Below are positions 32,363-45,632 of a DNA stretch of 64,000 bases, piece by piece. Under the pieces are notes generated by a model. It searched no databases. It was not told the DNA's origin and saw only the letters and a program-made list of their open reading frames with translations. The stretch spans positions 28,830,001-28,894,000 of the forward strand of contig OZ024742.1 in the NCBI GenBank assembly GCA_964016885.1, given 5' to 3'. The stretch's first letter is position 1, and each line of letters starts with the position of its first letter. The position numbers were made by a program, and so were the translations under genes. The stretch comes from Eledone cirrhosa (lineage: Eukaryota).

Positions 32363-32794
32363 ACATCTCTCAAGAACCTAAAATTTACCGAACGAAAATA
32401 ATTCTATTTTTTTTTCTATGCGGGGTGGTGGTGAGTAGAAATGTTTGTGGAAAACATGTCTGGGCCTTAATATGTTTTATTTGCAGCAGTCAACATTGGA
32501 TATGAAGTAATTTGTTGAACAAAAACAAGCATGGCAGCACATTATTACATGTAGTTAACACATGTGTGTGCGTTTTCCCCCTGAAGCTATTACATAAGAT
32601 TTAGAAGGAAGGTAGGTCATATATCTGTGTATTGCCAACATATACGGGGGAACCTTGCCTTGTACATTCCTAAAACATTTGATAGAAGCCCTGGCTGATA
32701 CGAGAGGTGTGATCCCTTCGACAGGAGAGATTATCTGGAACTAGATGCTTTGGAAAACTCAGGGCGGTAAAAAGGAAGCAAAACTGGAATAGAA

Positions 32795-32988
32795 CGAGGG
32801 TCGGCTGTGAAGTTCATAGGCTGACCAAGATACTCTCATGGAATGACCAAATAAGGTTTCTTTTTCAACAGTCCCTGGAAAAAAAACAATAAATTTGGTA
32901 ATAACAAGCGTTGAAATTAATATATGCAAGATTTCACGGCTCTAGCATCACTCCATAGTCAGCCTCTGAACTTTTCAGCTCAACCTCG
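32795..32988. mobile_element. Mariner/Tc1-type MITE (about 194 bp)
   Basis: Imperfect 31-bp TIRs: left CGAGGGTCGGCTGTGAAGTTCATAGGCTGAC; right (reverse complement) CGAGGTTGAGCTGAAAAGTTCAGAGGCTGAC. The right flank is TA and the left flank is AA (mutated TSD). No transposase. Confidence 0.75.
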
Positions 32989-33495
32989 TATACCTATCGA
33001 AGCCTAAACCCTCAATATATTATGGGACGAAAAATCCTCCAACGGCATTTAACAGACTGACCCCTTCGGTGTAGACAGTGTTGCTCATAGTATCAAAGGT
33101 CCATTCAGCGTGCAATACCTAGAAGACAACGATAGGCAGGTCCGTGGTAACTGCTAAGATCTTCACACAGTAGTTCCCGTTTTGGAGAGGACCCGCCTCG
33201 AGATCAACACATCTTAGTCGGGGGGGGGGGGGGGTCGTAAATATTAATTACGACCCAGAATACTTCGTGGCCTCCACCTCTGACATGTGCTGGATAATCC
33301 ACCTGTTGCCTAGGAATGAAGGCTTAACTTCCATTCACCGATCCTCCCGCCTGCGATATGATCGACCTTTTTTCTCGACAGTAACTTTTCCTAATTAGAA
33401 TTTCTATTGCTGTTATTCAAAACAAGGCATTATTTAAGGAATTCAGCCACTGCAGCAGCCATGACAAGGGAATGGCCATTCCTTCTTGCTCGTGG

Positions 33496-36400
33496 TCACT
33501 TCCTCCACGGCGGGTCAATCTTCACTATGGACTCGGCCGATAGCCGGATCCGTTCTACACGCGACAATAGCTGTTCGACATAACCCCATAAGTCAGCAAT
33601 GCACGGACACTGGACGAGTGCGTGCAGAACGGTTTCGTCGCTCTGCGCGCATCTCGGGCAGGTTCGTCTGACAGCACTTCCGTGCCTGTAGAGTTTATCC
33701 CGAACCGGCAGCGCCCCCCGGTAGCACTGCCAAGCGAGGGATTTCTGGAAGTTATCCATCGTCCCCGGCTCGAAAGTCCTCCAGAACATACTGGTCAGTT
33801 CTACTTCGTTGACGCCTAGAGCCTCTCCTAGTACGTCATCGTACTTGCCCTCCACTAATCCTCTATAGAAATCTTGAGTGGAAGTTCCACTGACCGCATT
33901 GCCCACCTTGCAGAGTGCAGTGAGCGCCTGGCAACATTCCAGATGCCAGTCGCCCAGTCTCGGTCTCTTCTTGACCCAGGACTGCAGCTCAGTCAAAGAG
34001 ATGAGCTGCGGAAAGGCCCGTCTAACAAACGGCGACCACACCTGTTCACCGTTTAGGCAAAATATCTGGAGATGTCGCAGCCTCAGCGCATGTCTGCGCA
34101 TCATTAGCCACGGCATGCCCAGCCCTCCACGAAGAGGGTGCTGGCAGCAGATGGACCGCCTCACCAACGGGACCCGTCCCCTCCACAAAAATTTGAAAAG
34201 GAGCCGTTCCAAATTGGCGAGGCGTGGACGGGGGCAAGGCACGACGGTCAGGCGGTAGTAGATGACGGACGCGATGTACGCGTTCGCCACCTCCGCCCGC
34301 CCTTTCAGTGATAGCTTTCTCTCAGCCCATTTCTGGGTGAGGTTGGCTATCCTGCTCGTCACCTCGTCCCAATTCTTATCCACCTGGAGGTCTGGTCCGA
34401 ACCAAACCTCGAGCAACTTTACCGGTCCGTCTGTCCAGCGCCCAACGACGCTGTTGGACGGCATGGGCTTGCCTCTCCAGGTGCCGAGCTGCAAGCCCAC
34501 CGACTTTTCCGGGTTAAGTTTTGCTCCCGTCAACCTTTCATATTCCTCCAAATGGGTGCGGATCACCTCGATTTCCGAGGTGTCCGACACCATCACGGTG
34601 ATGTCGTCCGCATAAGCGGACGCAGCCTTTCTACGTCCCGGTTCGAGCGGGATGCCCTGCAACAACTCCAGCTTCCGCAGTAGAGGCTCAAGAGTCAATA
34701 CGTACAGAAGTGAGGAGAGAGGGCACCCTTGACGGACCGATCGAGAGATCTGAAACGGTTCCGAGAGGTGGCCATTAATTTTGACCACCGAGCAGATGCC
34801 GCTGTACATTGCAGCGATCCAGCTTCTGAAGACGGGGCCGAAGCCAGCCGCCTCGAGGACAGCCTCCAAGTACCGATGGTCGACCCTATCGAATGCTTTC
34901 GATTGATCTAAATTGATCAGAGCCCCACCGAAGCCAGGTTTGCACCCAACCCTCTCTATGATGTATCGCATGAGGTGGAGGTTGTCGTGTATGGACCTGG
35001 TCGGGATTGCGCAAGTTTGCGCCTCCCCAACCAAATCTTTGACGACAAGCGCCAACCTTTTCGCTAACACCTTGGCCAAAATCTTAAACTCTGTGTTGAG
35101 CAGGGTTATGGGCCTGAAATTATCTAGTGTGTCCCTCTTGTTCTCGTCTTTCCTTATCAGCGTCACTACGCCACGGTTCACAGAACTGGGAATGCTCCCG
35201 TTCTGCTGCCAGTTGCAGTAGAGCGCTTCGAGGAGATCGGAGAACAAGTCTGGCATATTTACGTAAAGCTCGTAGGGCAGACCATCCAAACCGGGTGACT
35301 TGCGACTCGAGCAGCCGACAAGGGCGTCCTGAATTTCGACTGATGTTATCGGCTCTTCGCAGCGCTCAGCGTCGGCCGTCAAGAGGCGTGGCAAGCCATC
35401 GAGGTAGGGACTGAAGTCCGCCGCCGTCTCCGACTCACCCATCCTCCCGAACAATCGAGCAAAGTGCTGGCGAAAGGCCTCACACATCTGCTTGGAATCG
35501 CTCAGTTTGTGTCCATCTCGATCCGTCAAAGACCGAATTGTGGTTTTATTTCCACGCTGCGTCTCTGCAAAGCGAGCCCATCGGGCAGCTTTGGTTCCCT
35601 CGTTCCTCAGAGCACGCGCCTTAGCTCTGACAATGCAACCTTCGTGTTTCGCATTGAAGAAATGGTCTAGTGCCATTCTCGCCGCTAGCACGTCTGTTGC
35701 AATGCCACTACAAATAGCCTCGTCTAACTTAGCTATCAGCCCCTCCTCCTTTCTATTTTTCTCTATTGCTACTTCTTTGCTAAATCCTATCGAGGTTGCT
35801 CTAATCTCTCTTTTGAGAGCCCCCCACCACCTGTTGTTGACAACCCCCCTGTCAACTTTTGCTTAACTAAGTTGTTGACCCGGTCCCTGTAAGCTTTACG
35901 TGCCGGAAACGACATGTTTAGCTTCCAGTAGCTAGGTCCTAACCTACGTGTCTTATCTAGGTCGACCATACAGATCACAAGCTTGTGATCTGAATAGGCA
36001 ACCGTTTTAAAATGTGGACATCCTACACTATTTCTATCTCTTTTCCTAATGAAAATCCTATCTATGTACGATCTAGATGACCCTATGCGATTGGTCCAGG
36101 TCCATACTGGCGCATTAGGGAAATATAGTCGGTACCTGTCAGACAGTTGAAACTGGCTGATCAGGTACTTGAGGCTTTTGCACCCCCCGCTCCTATCAGA
36201 TACTCCCACACAATCCCAGCGTGCTTCTAAGATGCCATTCCAATCCCCTATTAACAGTAAAGGGCGAGACGTAAGCAGAAAGTTTTCCAGGCGCCTAAAG
36301 AAGTCCGGCCGACCGGCCCCAGTAGGGGCGTAGACGGCCACCAGTCTAAAGGCACCACCTTCGCTATTGCTCACGTCCAGGACCACCAACTTTCCGTCAG

Positions 36401-36662
36401 GATCCCGGAAGATTGACCTTACCTCGAGATCCAGACATTTCCTAAACAGCACAGCCACTCCACCTCCCATTCCCGGCCGACTAACAGATGCAAAGATCTG
36501 ATAATCGTCGAAAATCGGCGCCAGTGCGCGTGTGTCGGAAATTCTGGTCTCGCTGATGGCAATTACATCCATTCCTAGTGACCTGAGGTCGTTGAGCAAG
36601 TGACCTTGCTTCCAGGGCGACCCCAGGCCACGAACATTTAAACTTCCTACTCTTATGGCCAT
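33496..36662 (-). pseudogene. Element A ORF2 (APE endonuclease, reverse transcriptase, C-terminal zinc finger); one frameshift near 35845
   Basis: APE motifs SLNVRGL, ISETR, VYAP, GDWN, YIDRIF, SDHK. RT motifs KSPGLDGL, RPITLLN, DQSKAFDRV, RQGCPLS, YADD. C-terminal CPRC...ETVLHALVQC. Confidence 0.93.
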
Positions 36663-38810
36663 GCTGGCAGGATGAATGGGAGAGGAAAGGTTTACTTACC
36701 TTCCGGGGTCTTGTGAAGGTCGGGTGGTTCGACCTCCATGGTTTGTGGGGTTTCTTTTGGGAACCCCTTTAATAGTCTTGAAGTGGGTTTTACGTTCGGG
36801 GTTCCCACATCCCGAGGAAAGCTCTTTCGAATTTCTTTGTATGAAGCGAGCGACATTCGCATCACAAGCAAATTATCTGGTACGCGAAATGTGCTCGCTT
36901 CAAATGTTTCCCCCTCTTTTTCGATGTTTGTGCTTCGTGCTACATGGGCCATCAATTCCTTGTTGGCCCTTCTGGCAAGCACGAAGTTTTTAATGTTTTG
37001 TTGCTCGGGTTTTATTTGTTCGTGTGATTGTGGTGGTGATAGCTTTGTTAGTGTTGTTTCTATTGTGTCTGCGTTTGTTGTGGGTGGGGTGTCTGTAGTT
37101 TCTGATGTTTGTGTGTCTATTTGTTCTTGTGTCTGTTTAGCTTGTTTGCGTTTGGGGGATTTTGGTGGTTGTGTTGGTGATGCTGTGGGGAAAGTGTTTG
37201 TGTGGGTGGTGTGTGTATTTTTTTTGTGGGGGTGTTTGTGCTTTGTGGATTTCTTTTTTTTGTGTTTTGTTTTTTGTATTTTGGGGGACTTTGGTTTTCC
37301 CTCATCTTCACTGCTGGAGGATGAGGGGTCTGTGGCTGTGAGCGTGTTTGTCTGAGTGAGTGTTAATGTTCTTGTTCGTGTGTGTATTTTGGGGGGGAGG
37401 TGGAATGGGAGAGCTTTCCTCGTTTCCCCCCTGGGTGTGCAATTTTGGTGGTTCCATTGTTGACGGTGTTGCTGGTGGTCCTTGTCCCGGCGTCGCCAGC
37501 AGTGGAATCTTTCGACCCCTTGCGCTTTTCGGCAGTTGAGGGCAGAAGGCTCGCAAGTGTGTCGTTTCCCCACAAAGGAAACAATGCGGCCTTTTGCCCT
37601 CAGTCATTATATGCAACACCCTCCCGTTTTGGAGGCGGATGTGGTCCGGGATTGCTTTTACGTTTTCGGGTCTGATTTGGAGCAGTATCTCCAGATCAAC
37701 CCTGGACCAGTCGTCCCTGGCAGTTCTCGTTGCCTCTACCGGGACTGTATCCGTTCCTTCCACGATTACGCAACCCAGGAGCCACCACATATCAAGTCCT
37801 GGTGGAATCCTGGGAATGCGCACACGTGCTATTCGTTTTCCCATGTGGGAGGGGTACATTATGACCTTGCTGGTTTTGCAAGGGGTCATTGAATGCTTCA
37901 CAATGCGAGGGCTTCAGACTTGAACAGCACCGAAACGGTGCCGTATTGCCTGCCCCTCTCTATGAAGTCTGTGTCCTCTCTGATGTATTTCAGTGCGGCT
38001 TCTATATCAGCTTGGGCGATTATCGCTGCCCTCTTTGTCTCTACTGAGATGCATCTGAAATGCACCGTTCTTTTTTCCACTGCCTCAATGGCTTCTGCCG
38101 GGACAGTTAAGTTTGCCCAGGTCTGCTCTTGGTTTATGATTTTCCAGGCCTGGGCCAACTTTTCCTCTCTGTTAGTTAAGTCGATGCTGTAGCATGGTCT
38201 CCTTTTAGACGCTGCCACAGCAGCGAAGGTGTTCTTGTTGGTGTTGTCACTGTTGTTGTTCTTGTTGGTGTTGCTGCTGCTATTGCTGTTGTTGTTCTCC
38301 CCTGTGTCGTGGTTACCCTCTGTGCTGTTGGCCTTGTTGGTGCTGCTGCTGTCGCTACTATTACTCTCTGTGCTGTTCGTTTTGTTGGTGCTCTCGCTAT
38401 TACCACCTTCTGCGCTGTTCGGCTTGTTGGTGTTGGTGTTGTCGCTGTTACCACCTTCCGCGCCGCTCGGCCCGTTGGTGCTGGCACTGTCGCTGCTCAC
38501 ACTCGTGCTGGTGGCGCTCCTCGCCCCACCTCTCCTCTCAACGCTCAAGTCGCCGTTGCACGACAGCAGACCCGCCTCTAGGGGGCGTGGCTCCGCCATG
38601 TTTTTTTGAGAAAAAAATTATTATTTTTCCAAAATAAAGTTCAAATATTTGGGCCAAAAGGCCCAAATATTATGAGTTATTCCTTCACAGGATACAAATG
38701 AATGTCTCATAATGCTTCAGCGGTACAAAAAAATAAACAATTCTCCACAATTAATCCTCAAAAAAATTGCTTCCTCACGGAGCTTCAAAAAACGTACATC
38801 CACTTTCGTC
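33511..38810 (-). mobile_element. L1/Tx1-type non-LTR retrotransposon A: 5' end intact, 3' end truncated
   Basis: 5' UTR at about 38600-38810, ORF1 with zinc knuckle, and ORF2 with APE, RT and CCHC. Homology to element B stops at VKIDPP (about 33511). Confidence 0.93.
36692..38599 (-). pseudogene. Element A ORF1 (gag-like, CCHC zinc knuckle); frameshifts near 37900 and 37395
   Basis: MAEPRP... start, N/S-rich N-terminus, CFLCGETTHLRAFC (CX2CX4HX4C), K/T/P-rich linker. Ends ...HKTPEGK* 30 bp before the ORF2 ATG. Confidence 0.85.
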
Positions 38811-38841
<31 letters not shown>

Positions 38842-38890
38842 TTAACAATGACAACAATAATGATATCAATAACAATAATAATAATGATTT
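38811..38890. repeat. (AAT)n microsatellite separating Tx1 elements A and B
   Basis: Directly visible. Confidence 0.9.
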
Positions 38891-39162
38891 CATTTATTAG
38901 CCACAAGGGCCGACATGTAGGGACAATACAAAGACAGGGACAGTGGGGGTTTACAATAAGGTCGAGTAAAAGTGCACAATGGCAAGACTAATTTAACAAT
39001 GAAAATATAAAAATATAAAATAAACTATGCATAAATATAACAAAATAAATTCCCCGATAGGGGGTGGACGATCCTGGGGTGACTCGGGTACCCCACCAAT
39101 CCAAACCACCCTGCGCTTCTAGGGTACCCAGGGAGAGCAACCTTCTCCCCAAGTTAGCTAGC

Positions 39163-42100
39163 CTATAGGCGCATGGTCAGAGTAGGCCCATTCACACGAG
39201 CCATTCTCGCCACATTCACCCACCTTTTAGAAAATGTACTGGGGGGCAGCACTTCTCTCTCCACCCTCACCTTCCTTTCCAGGTGAAACTTGAAGAAGTT
39301 GATGAGGGATTGGCCGAAGAGAAAAGTGTCTGTCTTCAGTCCTTTTAACCTGGTCCACCATACAACCTCTTTTGCAACTGCCACCAGACAGAGGAAAATT
39401 TCCTGCTCTTCCTGACCTGAGAAAGGCGGTGGATCGATCTTCACTATGGACTCGGCCGATAGCCGGATTCGTTCCACACGCGAGAGTAGCTATTCGACAT
39501 AACTCCACAAGTCAGTAATGCACGGACATTGGACAAGTGCGTGCAGAACAGTTTCGTCGTGCTGTGCGCATCTTGGGCAGGTCCGTCTGACAGCACTTCC
39601 GTGCCTGTAGAGTTTATCCCGAACCGGCAGTGCCCCCCGGTAGCACTGCCAAGCGAGGGATTTCTGGAAATTGTGCATCGTCCCCGGCTCAAAAGTCCTC
39701 CGGTACAGACTGGCCAGTTCGACTTCGTCGAGGCCCAAAGCTTCTCCGAGTGCGTCATCGCACTTGCCCACCACTAATCCTCTATAGAACTCGAGAGTGG
39801 AAGTTCCATTGATCGCATTGCCGCTTGGTAGAGGGCAGTGAGTGCCTGGCAACATTCCAGGTGCCAGTCACCCAGTCTCGGTCTCTTCTTGACCCAGGAC
39901 TGCAGCTCAGTTAAAGAAATGAGCTGCGGAAAGGCCCGTCTGATAAACGGCGATCACACCTGTTCACCGTTGAGGCAGAATATCTGGAGATGGCGCAGCC
40001 TCAACGCATGTCTGCGCATCATTAGCGACGGCATGCCCAGCCCTCCGCGTAGAGGGTGCTGGCAGCAGATGGACCGCCTCACCAACGGAACTTGTCCTCT
40101 CCACAAGAATTTGAAGAGGAGCCGTTCCAACATGACGAGGCGCGGACGGGGGCAAGGCACGACGGTCAGGCGGTAGTAGATGACGGGCGCGATGTACGCA
40201 TTCGCCACCTCCGCGCGACCTTTCAGTGATAGCTTCCTCCCAGCCCATTTTTGGGTGAGACTGGCTACTCTACTCGTTACCTCATCCCAATTCTTTTCCA
40301 CCTGGATGTCTGGTCCGAACCAAACCCCAAGCAACGTTACCGGTCCATCCGTCCAGCGCCCCACGACGCTGTTGGACGGCATGGGCTTGCCTCTACAGGT
40401 TCCGAGCTGCAAGCCCACCGACTTTTCCGGGTTAAGTTTGGCTCCTGTCAACCTTTCATATTCCTTCAATAAGGTGCCGACCACCTCGATTTCTGAGGTG
40501 TTCGACACCATCACGGTGATGTCGTCCGCATAAGCCGACACCGCCTTTCCACTTCCCGGTTCGAGCGGGATGCCCTGCAACAGCTCCAGCTTCCGCAGTA
40601 AAGGCTCGAGAGTCAACACGTACAGGAGGGAAGAGCGAGAGGGCACCCTTGGCGGACCGATCGGGAGAGCCGAAATGGTTCCGAGAGGTGGCCATTAACC
40701 TTGACCACCGAGCGTGTGCGGCTGTGCATTGCAGCGATCCAGCTTCTAAAGACAGAGCCGAAGCCAGCTGCTTTGAGGACAAACTCCAGATACCGATGGT
40801 CGACCCAATCGAATGCTTTCGATTGATCTAAATTGATCAGTGCCCCACCGAAGCCAGGTTTACACCCTACCTTCTCTATGATGTATCGCATGAGGTGGAG
40901 ATTGTCGTGTATGGACCTGGCTGGGATTGCGCAAGTTTGCGCCTCCCCAACCAAATCCTCGACGACAAGCGCCAATCTCTTTGCTAACACCTTGGCCAAA
41001 ATCTTAAACTCTGTGTTGAGCAGAGTTATGGGCCTGAAGTTGTCTAATGTATCCCTCTTGTTCTCGTCTTTCCTTATCAGCGTCACCACTCCCCTGCTCA
41101 CAGAACTGGGAATACTCCCATTCTGCTGCCAGTTCCAGTAGAGTGCTTCGAGGAGTTCGGAGAACAAGTCTGGCATATTTACGTAAAGCTCGTAGGGCAG
41201 GCCATCCAAACGGGGTGACTTGTGCCTCATGCAGCCGACAAATGCGTCCTGAATTTCGGCTGAAGTAATCGGCCTTTCGCAGCGCTCAGCGTCGACCGTC
41301 GAGATGCGCGGCAAGCCGTCAAGGTAGGGACTGAAATCAGCTACTCTCTCTGACTCGCCACTCTCCCCGAACAACCGAGCAAAGTGGTGGCGAAAGGCCT
41401 CACACATCCGCTTGGAATCGCTTATCTCGTGTCCGTCTCGGTCCGCCAAAGACCGAATTGTGGTTTTATTACCACGCTGCGCACTGCCACGCGGGCGGCC
41501 CATCGACCAGCTTTGGTTCCCTCGTTTCTCAGCGCACACGCCTTAGCTCTGACAATGCAACCTTCGTGTTTCGCATTGAAGAAATTATCTAATGCCATTC
41601 TCGCCGCTAGCACGTCAGTTGCAATGCCACTACAAATAGCCTCGTCTAACTTATCTACCAGCTCCCCCTCCTTTCTATTTTTCTCTAACGCTAGTTCTTT
41701 GCTGAACACTATCGAAGTTACTCTAATCTCTCTTTTGAGAGCCCCACCATCTGTTGTTGATGATCCCCCCTGTCAACTTTTGCTTAACTAAATTGTTGAC
41801 TCGGTCCCTGTAAGCCTTACGTGCCGGAAATGACATATTCAGCTTCCAGTAACCCGGTCCTAACCTACGCGTTTTATCTAGGTCGACCGTACAGATCACA
41901 AATTTGTGATCTGAATAGGCGACCATTTTAAAAAGTGGGCAGCCCACACTATTTCTATCTATTTTCCTAATGAAGATCCTGTCTATATACGATCTAGATG
42001 ACCCCATTCGGTTGGTCCATGTCCACATTGGCACATTGGGGAAATCTAGTCGATACCTGTCAGACAGTTGGAACTGGCTGAGTAGGTGCTTGAGGCTTTT

Positions 42101-42584
42101 GCACCCCCCGCTCCTATCGGCTACTCCCACACAATCCCAGCGTGCGTCTAAGATGCCATTCCAGTCCCCCACTAACAGTAAAGGGCGAGACGTACCCAGA
42201 AAGGTCTCCAGGCGCCTAAAGAAGTCTGGTCGTCCGGCTCCTGTAGGGGCGTAGACGGCCAGCAGTCTAAAGGCACCACCTTCGCTACTGCTCACATCCA
42301 AGACCACCAACTTACCATCCGGGTCCCGGAAGATCGACCTTACTTCGAGATCCAGTCCTTTCCTAAACAGCACTGCCACCCCACCCCCCATTCCCGGTCT
42401 GCTAACATGCGAAGATCTGATAGTCGTCGAAAATGGGGGCTAGTGCGCGCGTGTCGGAAATTCTGGTCTCGCTGACGGCAATCACATCCATTTCCAGCGA
42501 CCTGAGGTCGTTGAGCAGGCGACCCTGCTTCCAGGGTGACCCCAGGCCGCGAACATTTAAACTTCCTACTCTTAATATGGCCAT
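39163..42584 (-). pseudogene. Element B ORF2 (APE-RT-zinc finger), multiply frameshifted with stops
   Basis: The same motifs as element A are spread over the ORF pieces 42402-42584, 41723-42391, 41422-41709, 40613-41539, 39954-40646, 39490-39855 and 39163-39477. Confidence 0.92.
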
Positions 42585-42613
42585 ATTGGTAAGCTAAGAG
42601 AGAGAGGGAAGGT

Positions 42614-44445
42614 TTACTTACCTCCCGGGGTCTTGTGAAGGTCGGGTTGTTAGACCTCCATGGTTGGTGGGGTTTCTTTTGGGAACCCCTTTAAAAGTCT
42701 TGATGTGGGTTTCACATTCGGGGTTCCCACGTCTTGAGGAAAGTTCTCTCGAATTTCTTTGAAGGAATTGAGTGCCATTCGGACCAGCAGCAAATCTTCT
42801 GGCACACAAAATGTGCTCATTTCAAAAATCTCCCCCTCTGTTTGAATGTCCTCGCTTCGTGCAAAGAGGGCTATCAGTTTATCGTTGGCCCTTCTGACAG
42901 GCACGAAGTTTTTAACATTTTGTTGGTGTGGTTTTATTTGCTTTCGTTTTGGTGACTGTGGTGGTGATGGTTTTGGTGGTGTTGTTTCGGGTATGTCTGT
43001 GTTTGTTGTAGGTGTGGTATCTGCAATTTCAGGTATTTGTGTGTTGATTTGTACTTGTGTTTGTTTAGGTTGTTTGCGTTTCGGGGATTGTGGAGGTGGT
43101 GTCGATGTTGCTGTTGGTGATGATGTTATTGGGGAAGTGTTTGCGTTCGTGGTGTCTGTATTTTTTGTTGTGTGTTTTTGTGTTTTGTTGGGGCTTTTTT
43201 TTTTTTGTGAGTTTTCTCTGGTTTTTTGCACTTTTGGGTTTTCCTTCATCTTCGCTGCTGTAAGACAAAGGGGCTGTGTCTGTGAGTGTCTCTGTGTCTG
43301 TGTGTGCGTTTATTGTTTTGTCTATGTGTATAATTAGAGGGGGGGAATGGGAGAGCTTTCCTTGTTTTCCCTTTGGATCGGTTTTGGTGTTGGTGGTGAT
43401 CCGGCTGTTTTTGATGTTGGTGTCCGTGTTTTTGTTGGTGTTGTTTTTGGTGGTGGTGGTGGTGGTGCAGCTTTCCGTGCTGACACTGGCGTTGGCAACA
43501 AAGGAGGTTTGCGACCCCCTGCATTTTTGCGCTGAGGGCAGAAGGCTTGCAGATGCGTTGCTTCCCCGCAGACGAAGCAGCGTGGCCTTCTTCCGTCAAT
43601 GATTAGTTGGATTGTTGTCCCGTCCTGCAGGCGGGCAAAATCCGGGATGTTGTTCATGTCCTCCGGTTTCATTTGGAGAAGAATCTCCAAATCCATTCCG
43701 GACCAGTCCTCTCTCTGTGTCCTTTTGATGTCTAGGAGGGCAGTGTCTGTCCCCTCCTCGATTACGCATCCCAACAGCCACCATATGTTCATTCCTGGTG
43801 GGATGCTGGGAATGCGTACCTTTACTGTCCTTTAACCCATGTAGGACGGATGCATAATAATGCGTTCTGTTCTGCAGGGGTCACCGAGTGCTTAATAGCG
43901 GGAGCCTCGGTTTTGAACAGTACCGAGATGGTACCGAACTGTTTGCCTCTTGCTTTGTACTCTATGTTACTTTCGATGTACTCCAAAGCAGCCTCGACCT
44001 CTGCTTGGCTGGCAAGTTCCACTTTTCGTGTCTGCACCGAAATGCATCGAAATAACACCGTCCTCCTTTGCATGGCCGCTATTGCCTCGTCCGGGATGGC
44101 CAGGATTGCCCAGGACTTCTCCCGTTTAATTAGCCTCCACGCTTGGGCCAACTGTTCTTCTTTATTGCTAATATTAATATCAATATTCAATAAACGCTTT
44201 GTTTTTGCTGTTGCTGCAGCAAATGTGGAGCTTCTGATGCTCTTATTGTTGGTGTTGTCATTCTTGCTGTTGTTATTGGTGTTGTTGTTGTTGTTGTTTT
44301 GTTTGTTGATGCTGTTGCCACCGCCATCTGTGTTTACATTGAAGCTGTCGGTGTTATTGTCGTTATTGATCTGAGTTGTTGTTGTGGTGGTGGTGGTGTT
44401 GGCGGTGGTGGTGATGTCGTTTTCAGATGATACTGCTGCTATCAC
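42614..44445 (-). pseudogene. Element B ORF1 (zinc knuckle), disrupted
   Basis: Pieces 43822-44445, 43334-43792 and 42650-43249 are homologous to element A ORF1 (EEQLAQAW, RTVLFRCISV, WWLLGCVI, DVGTPNVKPTSRLLKGFPKETP). Confidence 0.85.
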
Positions 44446-44729
44446 AGAAGGTTGTGATGGTAGCTTTTTAGTTTTGCCTCACATTCAGTAGAGTGGATGA
44501 CAGGCATGACTGTAGCCGTCGTAGTCGTGGTGAAATCTACAGTGGCTGCCTTTAAACTTTTGACAATAATACAAATATCAGAGAATGATATTTAACATCA
44601 TAATAATGATCATAATTACAACAACAACAACAATCGAATAAACGACGCCAACACAATGGTTGACCCAAATCAATGGAATCTCTTAGATTAAACATTGATT
44701 ATGGTCGTCACTAGAGTGCGTGATTGGAA

Positions 44730-45500
44730 GATGGTGGTGGTGGTGCGATGGTGGTGGTGGTGGGATGGTGGTGGTGGTGAGGTGGTGGGATGGTGGGATG
44801 GTAGTGGGACGGTGGTGGTGGGATGGTGGTGGTGAGATGGTGGTGGTGAGATGGTGGTGGTGGGATGGTGGTGGTGGGATGGTGGGATGGTGGTGGTGGG
44901 ATGGTGGTGGTGAGATGGTGGTGGTGAGATGGTGGTGGTGGGATGGTGGGATGGTGGTGGTGGGATGGTGGTGGTGAGATGGTGGTGGTGGGATGGTGGT
45001 GGTGGGATGGTGGTGGTGGGATGGTGGGATGGTGGTGGGACGGTGGTGGGATGGTGGTGGTGGGATGGTGGTGGTGAGATGGTGGGTGGTGGGATGGTGG
45101 TGGTGGGATGGTGGGATGGTGGTGGGACGGTGGTGGGATGGTGGTGGTGGGATGGTGAGATGGTGGTGGTGAGATGGTGGTGGTGATGAGGTGGTGGTGG
45201 TGGTGGGATGGTGGGATGGTGGTGGGACGGTGGTGGTGGGATGGTGGTGGTGGTATGGTGAGATCGTGGTGGTGGGATGGTGAGTGGTGGGATGGTGGTG
45301 TCTGGTGAAATAACATGTTGCTGATGGTGACGAAGATGGTTGTGATGGTCGTGATATGGTGTGGTGACGTAAGATGCTGCTGCTGCTGGTGATGATGGGG
45401 AAGTGGTAGCGATGGGGTTGAGGTGGTGATGGTGTGGTGATGATGGTAGTGGTATGGTGTGGTGATGGGGTTGAGGTGGTGATGGTGGTGTGGTATTGTG
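44730..45500. repeat. (GGT)n/GGATGGT G-rich tandem tract
   Basis: Directly visible. Confidence 0.9.
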
Positions 45501-45632
45501 AAATAAGATGTTGCTGGTGACGGAGATGAATATGCCGGTGGTTTGTTATTGTAATAATTTATTAAATATAAGAAAAAAAATGAAAAATGAAAAATGAAAG
45601 ATGAAGAAAAAAAGATAAAGTAAAAAAGAAGT

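Larger units (their letters stand above)
38891..44570 (-). mobile_element. L1/Tx1-type non-LTR retrotransposon B: related subfamily, 3' end intact, 5' boundary approximate
   Basis: 3' end CCTTGTGGCTAATAAATG followed by (ATT)n. ORF2 is collinear with element A and ORF1 has the zinc knuckle CFVCGEATHLQAFC. Confidence 0.92.

Noticed and set aside
33622-44374. Plus-strand ORFs overlapping the Tx1 elements
   Set aside because: They are antisense shadows of GC-rich LINE coding sequence.
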